Positions 19,878 to 29,772 of a stretch of 64,000 bases of DNA are shown here, one piece after another. The stretch comes from Minisyncoccota bacterium (GTDB lineage: Bacteria; Patescibacteriota; Minisyncoccia; UBA6257; 2-01-FULL-56-20). How positions within the stretch are numbered: position 1 is the stretch's first letter; each line of letters opens with the position of its first letter. The notes under the pieces were generated by a model. The model saw only the letters and a program-made list of their open reading frames with translations. It had not been told where the DNA came from and did not search any database. The stretch spans positions 75,593 to 139,592 of the forward strand of contig JBAYLC010000002.1 in NCBI GenBank assembly GCA_041664245.1, read 5' to 3'. The translations under genes were made by a program, and so were the position numbers.

Positions 19878-20424
19878 AGCCGACTATAACTAGGAAGACA
19901 ATCACCAGGCCGGCGATTACCGATATTTGGCCAAAAACGGAATTAACAATGGTGTAGAGATGTCCAAAAGTATAACCGATAAAAACAAGAAAGCCAGTCC
20001 AAAAAAATTGGCCAATGATATTTAAGGTCATGTATTTTCGGAAGGGGATTTTGACGAGCCCGGCGGTAATAAGAGTGACTAATGCGAAACCGAAGCCCAT
20101 TGTTAGTTTTGAAATTATAAGAATACGGTTGCGATGTTTATGAAAAACTTTTTTTACTGTTTCTATCTTATCTTCGGTGATACTAAAATATTTGCCGAAT
20201 TTTTTGACGAACGGCTGGCCAAAGTAGTAGCCGACAGCATACCACCAGGCGTCGCCGATTAAGTCGCCAATCATAAGAGCGGCGAAGGTTGGTAGAATTG
20301 GCAGGTAGCCAAGTTTTATAAAAAATCCCGAGGCGAGCATGATAAGCGGGCCTTCGACGATGGTGATGCCGATAATCAGAGGATATTTATATTGAAGAAT
20401 TAAGGCTACGAGGGTGGCGCTCAT
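19831..20424 (-). CDS. DedA/SNARE-associated (VTT domain) membrane protein
   Basis: DedA signature region KHRNRILIISKLTMGFGFALVTLITAGLVKIPFRKY. Confidence 0.7.
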   Translation of the reverse strand: MSATLVALILQYKYPLIIGITIVEGPLIMLASGFFIKLGYLPILPTFAALMIGDLIGDAWWYAVGYYFGQPFVKKFGKYFSITEDKIETVKKVFHKHRNRILIISKLTMGFGFALVTLITAGLVKIPFRKYMTLNIIGQFFWTGFLVFIGYTFGHLYTIVNSVFGQISVIAGLVIVFLVIVGFGKYIKNNITKSNQI

Positions 20425-20433
20425 TTGATTTGG

Positions 20434-21090
20434 TTAAAAACTGATTGGTTTTGAATCAAAAATTTCTTTGTCTTTCGGGAATAAGCGGACAGCGATATGG
20501 AAAATTGAGTAAGTAATGAAGAAAGCGGCGAGAACATCAATCGAGTAGTGATAGTGACCGAGAAGAACAATAACGCCGAAAAATAGTGAAGCGACGAGAG
20601 AGAGGAGTCGAATATATTTGTTTTTCCAAAAAATTAAAGCCATTAAGAATGGCATGCCAGTGTGGGAGGAGAAAAACAAGTCGGCGCCCGGACCAGCGAC
20701 AAATCGCTGAACAACATTTCCGAGCTCAAGAGGGTCTTGAGTGGGGAAAGGACCAAGATGAGTTAAGCTCATAAAAATAGAGCGGATAATAATAAAAATT
20801 GCGGTGCATTTTAAGACGAATGGAAATTTTTGCGGATTTAGCAAACAAACAATAAAAATAAAAAACCAAAAAATCAGTGGACCATAAAGAAAGGCCGGGC
20901 CAACGTCCCAAGGCTGGGTGTTGCTTAGAATAATATCAGTCACCGAATTGCTAGCCTTTTCGGTGGCGTATTGGGAGGCAAAATAGTTAACAAAAATGCT
21001 TATTGTAAGAAAAATAAGGGCAATACCGAGAGAGATAAGAAATTTATTATTTCGGAAGTGGAGCCGATATTTTTCGGCGATTTTTTTCAT
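20434..21090 (-). CDS. PAP2-superfamily membrane protein (sphingomyelin-synthase-like motifs)
   Basis: Six TMs with FSSHTG and HYHYSIDV...Y...FH blocks resembling the SGHT and HYTxDV motifs of lipid phosphate phosphatase / SMS-type enzymes. Confidence 0.5.
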   Translation of the reverse strand: MKKIAEKYRLHFRNNKFLISLGIALIFLTISIFVNYFASQYATEKASNSVTDIILSNTQPWDVGPAFLYGPLIFWFFIFIVCLLNPQKFPFVLKCTAIFIIIRSIFMSLTHLGPFPTQDPLELGNVVQRFVAGPGADLFFSSHTGMPFLMALIFWKNKYIRLLSLVASLFFGVIVLLGHYHYSIDVLAAFFITYSIFHIAVRLFPKDKEIFDSKPISF

Positions 21091-21233
21091 TGTTATTTTT
21101 TACCAAAAAAGCGAGGTTCTAATCAATTTTTCTTGTGGTAAAAATATGAAGCTAATTCGTTGATTGTAGCAGAAAATTTCGGCTTTTTAAAGAGCGGTCG
21201 GGGTAATTGGATTAGATTTTTTCTGGGTTATTG

Positions 21234-22754
21234 TTAGGCAAAACCTGAAAAAAAATCAGTTTTGATTTGGCTCTTAGTTAATCCGAGATTCAAAAGAGCT
21301 TTCTCCGCGGCGGTTACTAGCGAGCGGGGGCCGGATACATAGAATAATCTTTCGCCGTAATCGGGAATTTCATCGAGAATCATTTGCTCGTTTATAAAGC
21401 CTCGCTGGCCAGACCAGGAGGGGGGGATGCTATTTTTGTCGGTAAGGGTGTAAATCGTTTGGATGACCAGTTGCTCTTTCGCTTGGTCAAAAATTTCCTT
21501 ATAGGCGATATCAGAAATGGTTCTATTAGAATAAAGAAGAACGATCGATCGCTTTTCATTATTATCCAAAAGATATTTGACCATGCTTCGAAAGGGAGTG
21601 ATGCCAATGCCACCGGCAATAAAGGCAATTTTTCTTTTTTCATCTTTGGGTAGAACAAAATCGCCGGATAGCTGGGCGGCAACAATATCATCTTCTTGAT
21701 CCATTGAAAGAAGCTTTTTTTTGAAACTACTGGGGTTATTATAAAATTTTACGCCCAGGCGTAGATCATTTTCGGTTGGCGAGGAGGCAATGGTGAAATA
21801 TCTCCTATTGCCGCGGTTGTCAGAGTGGGCGTGGCCCAGAGTCCACTCCATATATTGGCCGGGGCGGAACTTTATTTTTTTATCAAATCCGAAAATAAAG
21901 TCATAAGTTCCGGCGCCAACTTCTTTTTTTGATTTTAATTTCAAAATATATTTCCCTTTTGGGCTAACTAAATAAGAAAAGATGTTACCAACCAAGAGAG
22001 CTAATTCTGGTGTTGAATAGATTGAACCAAGATGAACGGCGGGGGCAAAAAGAAAGCCCACGAGGGCGCCATAAATAATTCGAAGCGATTTGGCGGGCGG
22101 GGTGGTAAGCGGTTCGGTCAACATTACAAAGGCTAAGAAAAAAATGGGAGTATGAAGGATTGTTTTTGTAATGGCGCTAATTGGGTTCTGAATAGAAAAA
22201 GCGGTGATGGTGACAAGAGCGGCAATAAAAAAGGAAAGAACTAGATCGAATCGGTGGATTTTTCTAGTGATAAGTAACCCGCCCAAAACCACAAAGGCTA
22301 ACATTGGGATACTGCCGCCGATCCACCAGGTGGCGGATTGACCGATAGTGAAGGCGGTTAAGGCGACAGCAAGAGCGACTGGATTAAAAATATGTTTTTT
22401 AGAAATCGCAAAAATGTATTTGGTGGCCATGCTCCAAGCGGCAACCCAGACGAGGAAAGAAACATCCATCAGGTTTGATGGCATAACCGGCGTTATGATG
22501 AGCGCTAAGATAAGGGCCGTGATGTAGGCAGATTCGATATTGATTTGAGCTTTAAAAATTCCGGCAAAGACAGAGTTGGAAATCCAGGAGACAAGCACGA
22601 GGATAGAGGCAGTGAAGATGAGAGCAATCGGGTTGTAGGATAAAAATCCCAAAAAACTGAAAATAATCGCGACTACCAAAAGTACGATAAGATAATATAG
22701 AACAAGACGATACATTGTCATTTTATTGAGGAAATCGTCAATGAATTTAAACAT
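21234..22754 (-). CDS. Polytopic membrane protein fused to an FNR-like FAD/NAD(P)-binding oxidoreductase domain (putative transmembrane electron-transfer flavoprotein)
   Basis: ~260-aa multi-TM N-terminus containing four His residues. The C-terminus carries RPGQYMEW...RRYFTIASSP (RxYS/T FAD motif) and FIAGGIGITP (NAD(P) motif). Confidence 0.6.
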   Translation of the reverse strand: MFKFIDDFLNKMTMYRLVLYYLIVLLVVAIIFSFLGFLSYNPIALIFTASILVLVSWISNSVFAGIFKAQINIESAYITALILALIITPVMPSNLMDVSFLVWVAAWSMATKYIFAISKKHIFNPVALAVALTAFTIGQSATWWIGGSIPMLAFVVLGGLLITRKIHRFDLVLSFFIAALVTITAFSIQNPISAITKTILHTPIFFLAFVMLTEPLTTPPAKSLRIIYGALVGFLFAPAVHLGSIYSTPELALLVGNIFSYLVSPKGKYILKLKSKKEVGAGTYDFIFGFDKKIKFRPGQYMEWTLGHAHSDNRGNRRYFTIASSPTENDLRLGVKFYNNPSSFKKKLLSMDQEDDIVAAQLSGDFVLPKDEKRKIAFIAGGIGITPFRSMVKYLLDNNEKRSIVLLYSNRTISDIAYKEIFDQAKEQLVIQTIYTLTDKNSIPPSWSGQRGFINEQMILDEIPDYGERLFYVSGPRSLVTAAEKALLNLGLTKSQIKTDFFSGFA

Positions 22755-23502
22755 TGATTGAGGTGTATTTTTTAAAGCCGCTCGTCATGGTGGCTTGGCC
22801 GTTTTTATCAATTTGATAACCTTCAAAACCATCCAGGTTTTCGATGAAGTTAATTCCGTTTTGCTCCATGGCGAAAGCAGCGGTGGCAAACCGGTCGGCT
22901 TCGTAGATGTTCGGCCCGATAACCGTCAAGCTGACAACTTCAGTGATGGGTTTGGTTTTGTTTTTGGGATTGTAGATATGCTGGCCGCGCAAGTAACTGC
23001 CGGAGGTGGCGACGCCCTCGTTATTTTTTATATAAATCACTTTAACAATTTCTTCCGGATGAAAAGGATTCTTAATGCCGACTGACCAATCTTCGCCGCG
23101 GCTGTTTTTGCCGCGCGATTGAATATCGCCGCCGGCGTCAATATAAAAATTTTCCCGGCCAATTTTTTGGAGGATTTGCGCAGCGTTATAAATTGCCCAA
23201 CCTTTGACAAGGCCGGAGGGGTCGATTTTTCCGTTTGGGGCGGTAATATCGAAATAGCCGTTTGTTTTTTGGTTTGTTTCGGTTGAAAGAGTGAAAACGG
23301 TTTTCATATCTTCGCTCCAGTCTCTTTCTTGCAGTTCGCCGCGATTAATTTTAGAAATCTCACTTGTTTCTTTGTAGGGGCTGAATTTTTTATCAACGTA
23401 ATCAAAGTAGGAAAAGACTTTTTCGAGGTCGGTTTCCGGAGAAGGAGAATCAAGTATTTCAACAGTAATCGTCATCCCCATCATTTTTCGGACTTGCTTC
23501 AT
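22747..23502 (-). CDS. apbE: FAD:protein FMN transferase (ApbE family)
   Basis: ApbE motifs DITAPNGKIDPSGLVKGWA...YIDAGGDI. Overlaps the downstream oxidoreductase start, implying an operon. Confidence 0.8.
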   Translation of the reverse strand: MKQVRKMMGMTITVEILDSPSPETDLEKVFSYFDYVDKKFSPYKETSEISKINRGELQERDWSEDMKTVFTLSTETNQKTNGYFDITAPNGKIDPSGLVKGWAIYNAAQILQKIGRENFYIDAGGDIQSRGKNSRGEDWSVGIKNPFHPEEIVKVIYIKNNEGVATSGSYLRGQHIYNPKNKTKPITEVVSLTVIGPNIYEADRFATAAFAMEQNGINFIENLDGFEGYQIDKNGQATMTSGFKKYTSINV

Positions 23503-23509
23503 GGTCTAA

Positions 23510-24076
23510 TTAGTTTTTTGCTTGAGCGAGCGCCGAACCAAGCGATTCGATAAAGGCATTACTAGTGTCGGTCGCGCCCGAGACAATATCAACTTGAGCA
23601 TTTTGAGCCTGAATAGCTTCGGTTATTAAGTAGGGCATAGCTTGAGTGTTAATTTGAATTGAGGTTCGTCGATCACTGGGGTATTGCAGAAATTGGACAT
23701 CGGTAAGACGGCCGCCCTGGATGGTGGCGGCGACTTGGACATTACCGTAATAAGCGTCGGCAGTTGTGCCGGTGTAGGAACCGTCTCGGTATATTCCTTT
23801 AGGCGCCGGTGGCGGCGTAGGAGCGGGTTTAGGGGAAGGAGTTGGGGTTGGTGTGGGAGCTGGCTGAGGAGGTTTTTTTGTAGTTTTTGGATTTGAGGTT
23901 GGCGGGGCGGGAGTGATAGTTTTGTCGGGCTGGGGATCGGAAGTCGGGGCGGATTTAGATGCTGGATCGCCGACCGGAAGATTATTGATGTAAATACCTA
24001 ATTGTTTGGAGCTACTTAATATCGCGTAGAAGGTAAATGCAATGATAAAAACAAACGATAGAAGAAATTTTTTCAT
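23510..24076 (-). CDS. Extracytoplasmic FMN-binding domain protein (flavinylation substrate)
   Basis: N-terminal TM/signal and a Pro/Thr-rich linker. FMN_bind domain with the covalent flavinylation motif DIVSGATDTS (SGAT). Confidence 0.7.
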   Translation of the reverse strand: MKKFLLSFVFIIAFTFYAILSSSKQLGIYINNLPVGDPASKSAPTSDPQPDKTITPAPPTSNPKTTKKPPQPAPTPTPTPSPKPAPTPPPAPKGIYRDGSYTGTTADAYYGNVQVAATIQGGRLTDVQFLQYPSDRRTSIQINTQAMPYLITEAIQAQNAQVDIVSGATDTSNAFIESLGSALAQAKN

Positions 24077-24219
24077 AAATATTTTTTATAAGTCCTAAAA
24101 AACTGCGTGACTTTGTTTCCATTATTATTAATAATACAATAAAATCGGCTGATTTGGTGCGGGTTAAAGGAGATAGATTTTCCTGATATGATACGGTTTA
24201 TGAGGCGAATAGTTGCCTG

Positions 24220-24247
24220 TTGACAGTATTCGTTGGTGTGATATAAT
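24220..24247 (+). promoter_or_regulatory. Consensus sigma70 promoter (TTGACA-16-TATAAT) for the DEAD-box helicase, with an ~85-nt leader
   Basis: TTGACA at 24220-24225 and TATAAT at 24242-24247, read directly. Confidence 0.55.
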
Positions 24248-24335
24248 CACAATCTAAGATCGGTTAGGAGGTCTTTGGGTGCGCACTGACACAAGAGAGT
24301 CGTCTCATTCAGGAGGCGGCTTTTTAAATAAAACA

Positions 24336-25691
24336 ATGAACGAAGAAAAAGGATTTTATGGATTAGGGATTGCTCCCGGAATTTTGCAAGTTTTGGCAAA
24401 ACTAAATTTCAAAATTCCGACGCCAATTCAAGAGCAGTCGATTCCGATTGCAATTGAAGGAAAGGATGTGATGGGAATCGCTCAAACCGGAACCGGTAAG
24501 ACGCTGGCTTTTGGTATTCCTTTAATTCAAAGCGTGCTTCGGGATAATAGTTTTGGTTTGGTGATTGTTCCGACTAGAGAGTTGGCGATTCAAGTTGCCG
24601 AAGCCTTGGAAAAAGTGGGGCTACCTTTGGGCCTTCGAACCGCCACGCTTATTGGCGGCGAATCAATAGCTTATCAAATTCGCCGGCTCCATCGCAGTCC
24701 CCAGATTATTATCGGAACTCCAGGAAGAATTATTGACCATTTAGGGCAAAAAACTTTAGCTTTAGGAAAAGTAAAAATATTGGTTTTAGACGAGGCGGAT
24801 AGGATGCTCGATATGGGTTTCACGCCGCAACTAAAAAAAATTCTTCCCCACTTACCGCACGAGAGGCAAACGATGTTTTTTTCGGCAACAATGCCGCCGG
24901 AGATTGTGGCAATGGCGCGGGCATATTTGAAATTGCCGGTGCGAGTTGAAGTGGCTAGATCCGGAAGCACGGTTTCTAAAGTTACCCAAGAGCTATTTTT
25001 TGTTTCGCAAGATTCAAAACTTCGTCTACTTGAGAAAATACTTCAAGAATATCGGGGATCGGTTTTGGTTTTTTCCCGAACTAAATTTACGGCGAAAAGA
25101 ATTGCGGCTTCGGTTCGAGCTTTGGGAATTTCGGCGACAGAGATTCACGCCAACAGATCGCTGAACCAAAGAAAAGAAGCGCTTGAAGGTTTTAAGAGGG
25201 GCCGGTATCGGGTGCTGGCGGCCACGGATATCGCGGCGCGCGGTATTGATGTGGATAATATTGAATTGGTTTTGAATTACGATTTACCGGAAAATGCCGA
25301 GGATTATGTGCACCGAATCGGACGAACCGGACGAGCCGGCGAGAGTGGTCACGCCATTTCCTTCGCGCGGCCGAACCAGAGCGGGGATGTGCGGGCAATT
25401 GAACGTTTGATTCAATTAAATTTACCGGTTTCAAAGATTCCAAATTTGCCGCCGCCTTCGCCTTCTAAACCGCAATTTTTTGAATCGGGCAGAACACAGA
25501 CTGGCCAACGCCGGAATTTTTCTTCCCCAAAAAATAAATTCGGGGCTAGGCCGAGTTTCGGAAATAAACCTAGTTTTGGAAGCAAGCCGAGATTTAACGA
25601 TAAACCAAAATCAAATTTTGACGGGAGATCAAGATTCAACCGGAAGGTTGAATCTGGCAGTCGAACCCCAAGCCGCAGATTTTACCGGTAA
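24336..25691 (+). CDS. DEAD-box ATP-dependent RNA helicase with an R/G/F-rich C-terminal tail
   Basis: Q-motif region, AQTGTGKT, DEAD, SAT, HRIGRTGRAG. Likely start at MNEEKGFYGLG (24336), inside the longer listed ORF 24279. Confidence 0.85.
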   Translation: MNEEKGFYGLGIAPGILQVLAKLNFKIPTPIQEQSIPIAIEGKDVMGIAQTGTGKTLAFGIPLIQSVLRDNSFGLVIVPTRELAIQVAEALEKVGLPLGLRTATLIGGESIAYQIRRLHRSPQIIIGTPGRIIDHLGQKTLALGKVKILVLDEADRMLDMGFTPQLKKILPHLPHERQTMFFSATMPPEIVAMARAYLKLPVRVEVARSGSTVSKVTQELFFVSQDSKLRLLEKILQEYRGSVLVFSRTKFTAKRIAASVRALGISATEIHANRSLNQRKEALEGFKRGRYRVLAATDIAARGIDVDNIELVLNYDLPENAEDYVHRIGRTGRAGESGHAISFARPNQSGDVRAIERLIQLNLPVSKIPNLPPPSPSKPQFFESGRTQTGQRRNFSSPKNKFGARPSFGNKPSFGSKPRFNDKPKSNFDGRSRFNRKVESGSRTPSRRFYR

Positions 25692-25764
25692 TTTTATTTA
25701 CTCTTTGGAGAAATAATTATATAATTAGCGGGCATTTTAAGCCCCAACGGGCAATTTTTTTCAA

Positions 25765-27588
25765 ATGAAACTTCGAAACATCGCTATTATCGCTCACGTT
25801 GACCACGGGAAAACCACCTTAGTGGACGCGCTTTTAAAACAGTCGCTTAATTTTAAGCTCAAGTCTGGTTCAGACTCAAATTTGATTATGGATTCAAACG
25901 AGCTTGAGCGGGAGCGGGGGATTACAATTTTTTCAAAAAACGCGGCGGTGGTTTACGGGGATGTAAAGATTAACATCGTGGATACACCCGGGCACGCCGA
26001 TTTTGGAGGCGAAGTGGAAAGAATTATGCGAATGGTAGATGGAGCGCTACTTTTGATTGATGCAAAAGAGGGACCGATGCCGCAGACAAAGTTTGTTTTA
26101 AAAAAGGCGATTCAAGCGGGCCATAAAATTATTGTGGTTATAAATAAAATTGATAAGCCAGATGCCCGGCCGGTTTGGGCGTTGGATCGAACTTTTGATC
26201 TTTTTGTCGAACTTAAAGCATCGGATGAACAGACTGATTTTCCGATCATCTATGCTTCGGGAATTGCCGGAAAAGCCGGGTATGCTCACGATCTTGAGAC
26301 GATGGAAGATGTTCGGCCGCTTTTCGATTCAATCGTTAAATATATTCCGGAACCGAAAATTGACGCGGCAAAACATCTTCAGATGCTAACGGTTAATTTA
26401 GCGCAGGATAATTACAAAGGAAAGATTGCGATTGGACGGCTTTATTCGGGAACATTAAAAAAGGGAATGGAGGTGGGGCATATTGACCGGGCGGGAGTTT
26501 TGAAAAAAGCGACGCTTAGTTCAGTTATGACTTTTGAGGGTTTAAGTAGAATTGAATCAGAAGCGGGAATTCCGGGAGACATCGTGGCAATTGCTGGAAT
26601 TTCGGATATTTCAATCGGGGAGACGATTACCGATCCGGACCATCCGGAGCCGTTGCCGACAATTTCGATTGAAGAACCGACGGTGAAGATGACTTTTGCG
26701 GTGAACACTTCACCATTTTCTGGAAAGGAGGGGCAATATTCAACCTCCAATAACATTCGTGACCGCTTGATGAAGGAAATAGAAACGGACGTGGCACTTC
26801 GCGTGGAGGCGACTGACGCGATGGATACTTGGGTTGTGTCTGGAAGAGGAGAGTTACATCTTTCAATTTTGATCGAGAAAATGCGGCGGGAGGGTTTTGA
26901 ATTTCAAGTGTCACGGCCGCAAGTTATTTTTAAAGATTCCGATGATGGAAAAAAGAAATTAGAACCAATCGAGCTTTTATCAATTGAAGTGCCGGAGCCG
27001 TTTACGGGAACGGCGATTGAGGCCTTAGGTCCCCGAAAAGGAACAATGACGGATATGCGAGTTGAACACGGAACGGCATTCTTAGAATTTTTTGTGCCGA
27101 CGAGGGGACTTATCGGTTTTCGAAATCAATTTTTAACGGCGACAAAAGGGCAGGGAATTATGAACTCCCTTTTTGAGGGTTATGAAGAATATAAAGGCGA
27201 GTTTGAATCAAACGCGCATGGGTCGCTAGTGGCTTCCGAGAGCGGGAAAACCAGTACCTATGGGCTTTTAAATGCTGAAGGAAGAGGGGATTTATTTGTG
27301 GGGCCGGGAGTTTCGATTTACGAAGGAATGATTGTCGGCCAAAACGCTAAGGCGATGGATATTCGGGTAAATGTCTGCAAAGAAAAACAACTTTCCAATA
27401 TGCGGGCGAAGTCCGACGGGGCGATGGAGTTTTTAAAAGTGCCACGAATAATGACGCTTGAAGAAGCGATTGAGTTTATCGGTGATGATGAGTTGGTGGA
27501 AGTAACACCTAAATCAATTAGATTACGAAAATATTGGCTTCGGGAAATCGACGAAAAAAGAGCGGTTCGGAAGGAGAAGGGCGGGTAG
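25765..27588 (+). CDS. typA: Translational GTPase TypA/BipA
   Basis: [23 protein letters not shown], and a BipA-specific C-terminal domain. About 607 aa. Confidence 0.9.
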   Translation: MKLRNIAIIAHVDHGKTTLVDALLKQSLNFKLKSGSDSNLIMDSNELERERGITIFSKNAAVVYGDVKINIVDTPGHADFGGEVERIMRMVDGALLLIDAKEGPMPQTKFVLKKAIQAGHKIIVVINKIDKPDARPVWALDRTFDLFVELKASDEQTDFPIIYASGIAGKAGYAHDLETMEDVRPLFDSIVKYIPEPKIDAAKHLQMLTVNLAQDNYKGKIAIGRLYSGTLKKGMEVGHIDRAGVLKKATLSSVMTFEGLSRIESEAGIPGDIVAIAGISDISIGETITDPDHPEPLPTISIEEPTVKMTFAVNTSPFSGKEGQYSTSNNIRDRLMKEIETDVALRVEATDAMDTWVVSGRGELHLSILIEKMRREGFEFQVSRPQVIFKDSDDGKKKLEPIELLSIEVPEPFTGTAIEALGPRKGTMTDMRVEHGTAFLEFFVPTRGLIGFRNQFLTATKGQGIMNSLFEGYEEYKGEFESNAHGSLVASESGKTSTYGLLNAEGRGDLFVGPGVSIYEGMIVGQNAKAMDIRVNVCKEKQLSNMRAKSDGAMEFLKVPRIMTLEEAIEFIGDDELVEVTPKSIRLRKYWLREIDEKRAVRKEKGG

Positions 27589-27639
27589 TAAGTTAGATGT
27601 TGGAGGATAGAAGTTAGACGACTAAGAACAGCTATCTTT

Positions 27640-28857
27640 TTATTGCGGTTGCGTGTTTTGTTTAGGGATTTTCCGGACTAGAAATACAGCAATAATAAGA
27701 AATATCGTCATAGAAAGCATAGCCCAACGATAGTCGCTGAGGGATAGAACGATACTCCAGACGAGCGGGCCGAAGAAAGTGGAAGCGCGTTCGGAAATAG
27801 CGAAGATTCCAAAGCCATAATTTAATTTTTCTTTTGGCACTAGGGAAATTAATATTTGCCTGGAAAGCGAAGATGTTCCACCTAGAAGGAGACCGGCAAT
27901 GATTCCAAAAATAAATAAAACTGAAAATTGGTTAATTTGAGAAATTATCGGAATAATAATTGCCCAAAGAGAAAGAATAATAATTATAGTTTTTCGCGAC
28001 CCAATTTTGTCGGATATAAATCCCCAGCCCCAAGCGCCAATTCCAGCGGAGGCGATTACTGATAAAATAATAGCGCTGATGGAGGTGTCGGAAACTTTAA
28101 ATAGAGCGCTGGTGAAAATCGAAAAATTATTGGTTATCGTGGTGATGGCGTCGTTAAATAGAAAAAAGGCGATTAGAAAAGCTAGCACTCCGGGAACGAG
28201 GCTGATTATTTTTAGGGCTTTGAATTGAGAGATTTCAGAATTTGGCGGCGAATCATTGTTTTCATAATTTTTAAATAGCTCTTTTTTGAATATTAACGGT
28301 AGGGCGAGGAGAATAAAAATTAAGGTAGCGGGGATAAGAGGAGCGATTAGGGAATCAACGCCAAGAGGTATTTTTCCCGAGACAAACGGGAGAGAAATCA
28401 AAACTCCGCTTATTTGGCCAAGGTAATTGGCAAAAAATCCGAATCCGGAAATCTTGCCGCGATTGCTTTTGGTGGAGATATTTTTAAGAATCGGATTATA
28501 AAAAACAAATGATAACTGGTAAAAGAAATTTCCCAAGCCAAAGAAGAGGGCGGTGACAAAAAGATTTAACCCGCCGATCGCGCTTGCGATAGCGAGAGCA
28601 TAAAAAATAAAGCAACCGAAAGTAGATAGAGATAAATATTTTCGGCCGCTGTTGATTTTGTCGGCCTTGCTGCCAAGCCAAGGAGCGAAAAAAACAAGAC
28701 CAATGGAGCCGATGATAAAAGTGGCATTATACCAAAAATCAGAAAATCCATTATTGACGACTAGCCATTTCGAGAAATAGATAAGGAAAGTGATGAAAAC
28801 AAAAGAATTGGCAAAATCGTATAAACTCCAGATTATAATGTTCTTTTTTGTGTTCAT
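27640..28857 (-). CDS. MFS transporter
   Basis: Twelve predicted TMs arranged as 6+6 with a central loop. Confidence 0.7.
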   Translation of the reverse strand: MNTKKNIIIWSLYDFANSFVFITFLIYFSKWLVVNNGFSDFWYNATFIIGSIGLVFFAPWLGSKADKINSGRKYLSLSTFGCFIFYALAIASAIGGLNLFVTALFFGLGNFFYQLSFVFYNPILKNISTKSNRGKISGFGFFANYLGQISGVLISLPFVSGKIPLGVDSLIAPLIPATLIFILLALPLIFKKELFKNYENNDSPPNSEISQFKALKIISLVPGVLAFLIAFFLFNDAITTITNNFSIFTSALFKVSDTSISAIILSVIASAGIGAWGWGFISDKIGSRKTIIIILSLWAIIIPIISQINQFSVLFIFGIIAGLLLGGTSSLSRQILISLVPKEKLNYGFGIFAISERASTFFGPLVWSIVLSLSDYRWAMLSMTIFLIIAVFLVRKIPKQNTQPQ

Positions 28858-28859
28858 AG

Positions 28860-29588
28860 TTATTTTTTATTTTTAAGGTCTTTTATTAACTCGGGAATTT
28901 TTTCTTGATTGAAGTGGCCGCGGTTTTTGAGAATTGTTAATTTTGCTTTGGGAAGGACTTTTTGGAATTTTTTGGCGTGCGAAACCGGAACAACTTTGTC
29001 GTCTTGGCTGTGGTAAATGAAAATTTGGCCAGCTTGGTCTTTAAAGCTGCTTATATTTTTTGGCGGTTCGAAATCGAGCAGCGGGTCATCTAATCCATCG
29101 CTATTAAAACAAGCGGCGACGAGAAATGTCGCTTTTATATTTTTAGAAAACTTGTTTTCGGAGAGGTATTTAACGAGAAAAGTTCCACCTAAAGAGTGGC
29201 CGACGAAGATAGCTTTTGGCTTTATATAAGGAATTAGTTTTTCAAACCAAATTTTCCACTCTAGGTATTTGGCGTTGAATTTATTGGGCATCTCAGGAAG
29301 GATGACTTCGTAGTTTCGACCGAGATTTTTGGTGAGATTTCTCTTCCAGCTTTTTCGGTCGGACTTATAATATTCAAAATCAATTCGGAATTTTTTAAGA
29401 AAAGAGAGATATTTTTTATAGGTAGCGAAATTGTCGCCGCCGTGGATTACTAGAATTTGCTGTTTCATTTGGTTTTTTGAGCCGGTTTTATTGTTTTTCA
29501 GTATATTGCTTTTTTCGGCAAAAGTGAATTTTATCCACAGATTTTGGCTAGCCGAAAATATTTTCGGCGTGTTAGAATTGTTCAACAA
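28860..29588 (-). CDS. Alpha/beta hydrolase (serine hydrolase, YdeN/RBBP9-like)
   Basis: Nucleophile elbow GHSLGG with downstream Asp and His (ILKNRGHF). Confidence 0.55.
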   Translation of the reverse strand: MLNNSNTPKIFSASQNLWIKFTFAEKSNILKNNKTGSKNQMKQQILVIHGGDNFATYKKYLSFLKKFRIDFEYYKSDRKSWKRNLTKNLGRNYEVILPEMPNKFNAKYLEWKIWFEKLIPYIKPKAIFVGHSLGGTFLVKYLSENKFSKNIKATFLVAACFNSDGLDDPLLDFEPPKNISSFKDQAGQIFIYHSQDDKVVPVSHAKKFQKVLPKAKLTILKNRGHFNQEKIPELIKDLKNKK

Positions 29589-29596
29589 CTGAATAA

Positions 29597-29697
29597 TTTA
29601 TCATGAGTGGCGGTGAGAGTTCTGGCTCGCGGATCCGCCCGGCAACCCTCCAAAATGGAAAGGTGCCCCATCCAGCCCGCAGGGGAAAGATAAAGGT
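29597..29697 (+). ncRNA. SAM-I (S-box) riboswitch aptamer upstream of metK
   Basis: P1 TTATCATGAG pairs with GAAAGATAAAG. Conserved blocks GGCGG-GAGAG (K-turn region), CCGCCCGGCAACC, and GGTGCC..ATCCAGC..GCAG match the SAM-I consensus. A U-run follows before the metK start. Confidence 0.65.
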
Positions 29698-29772
29698 CGA
29701 AACGCTTTTCTTTCGGGATAGGCGTATTTTTTTTATTCAGCTGTGAAAAAATACAAAAACATATTTAAAAAC

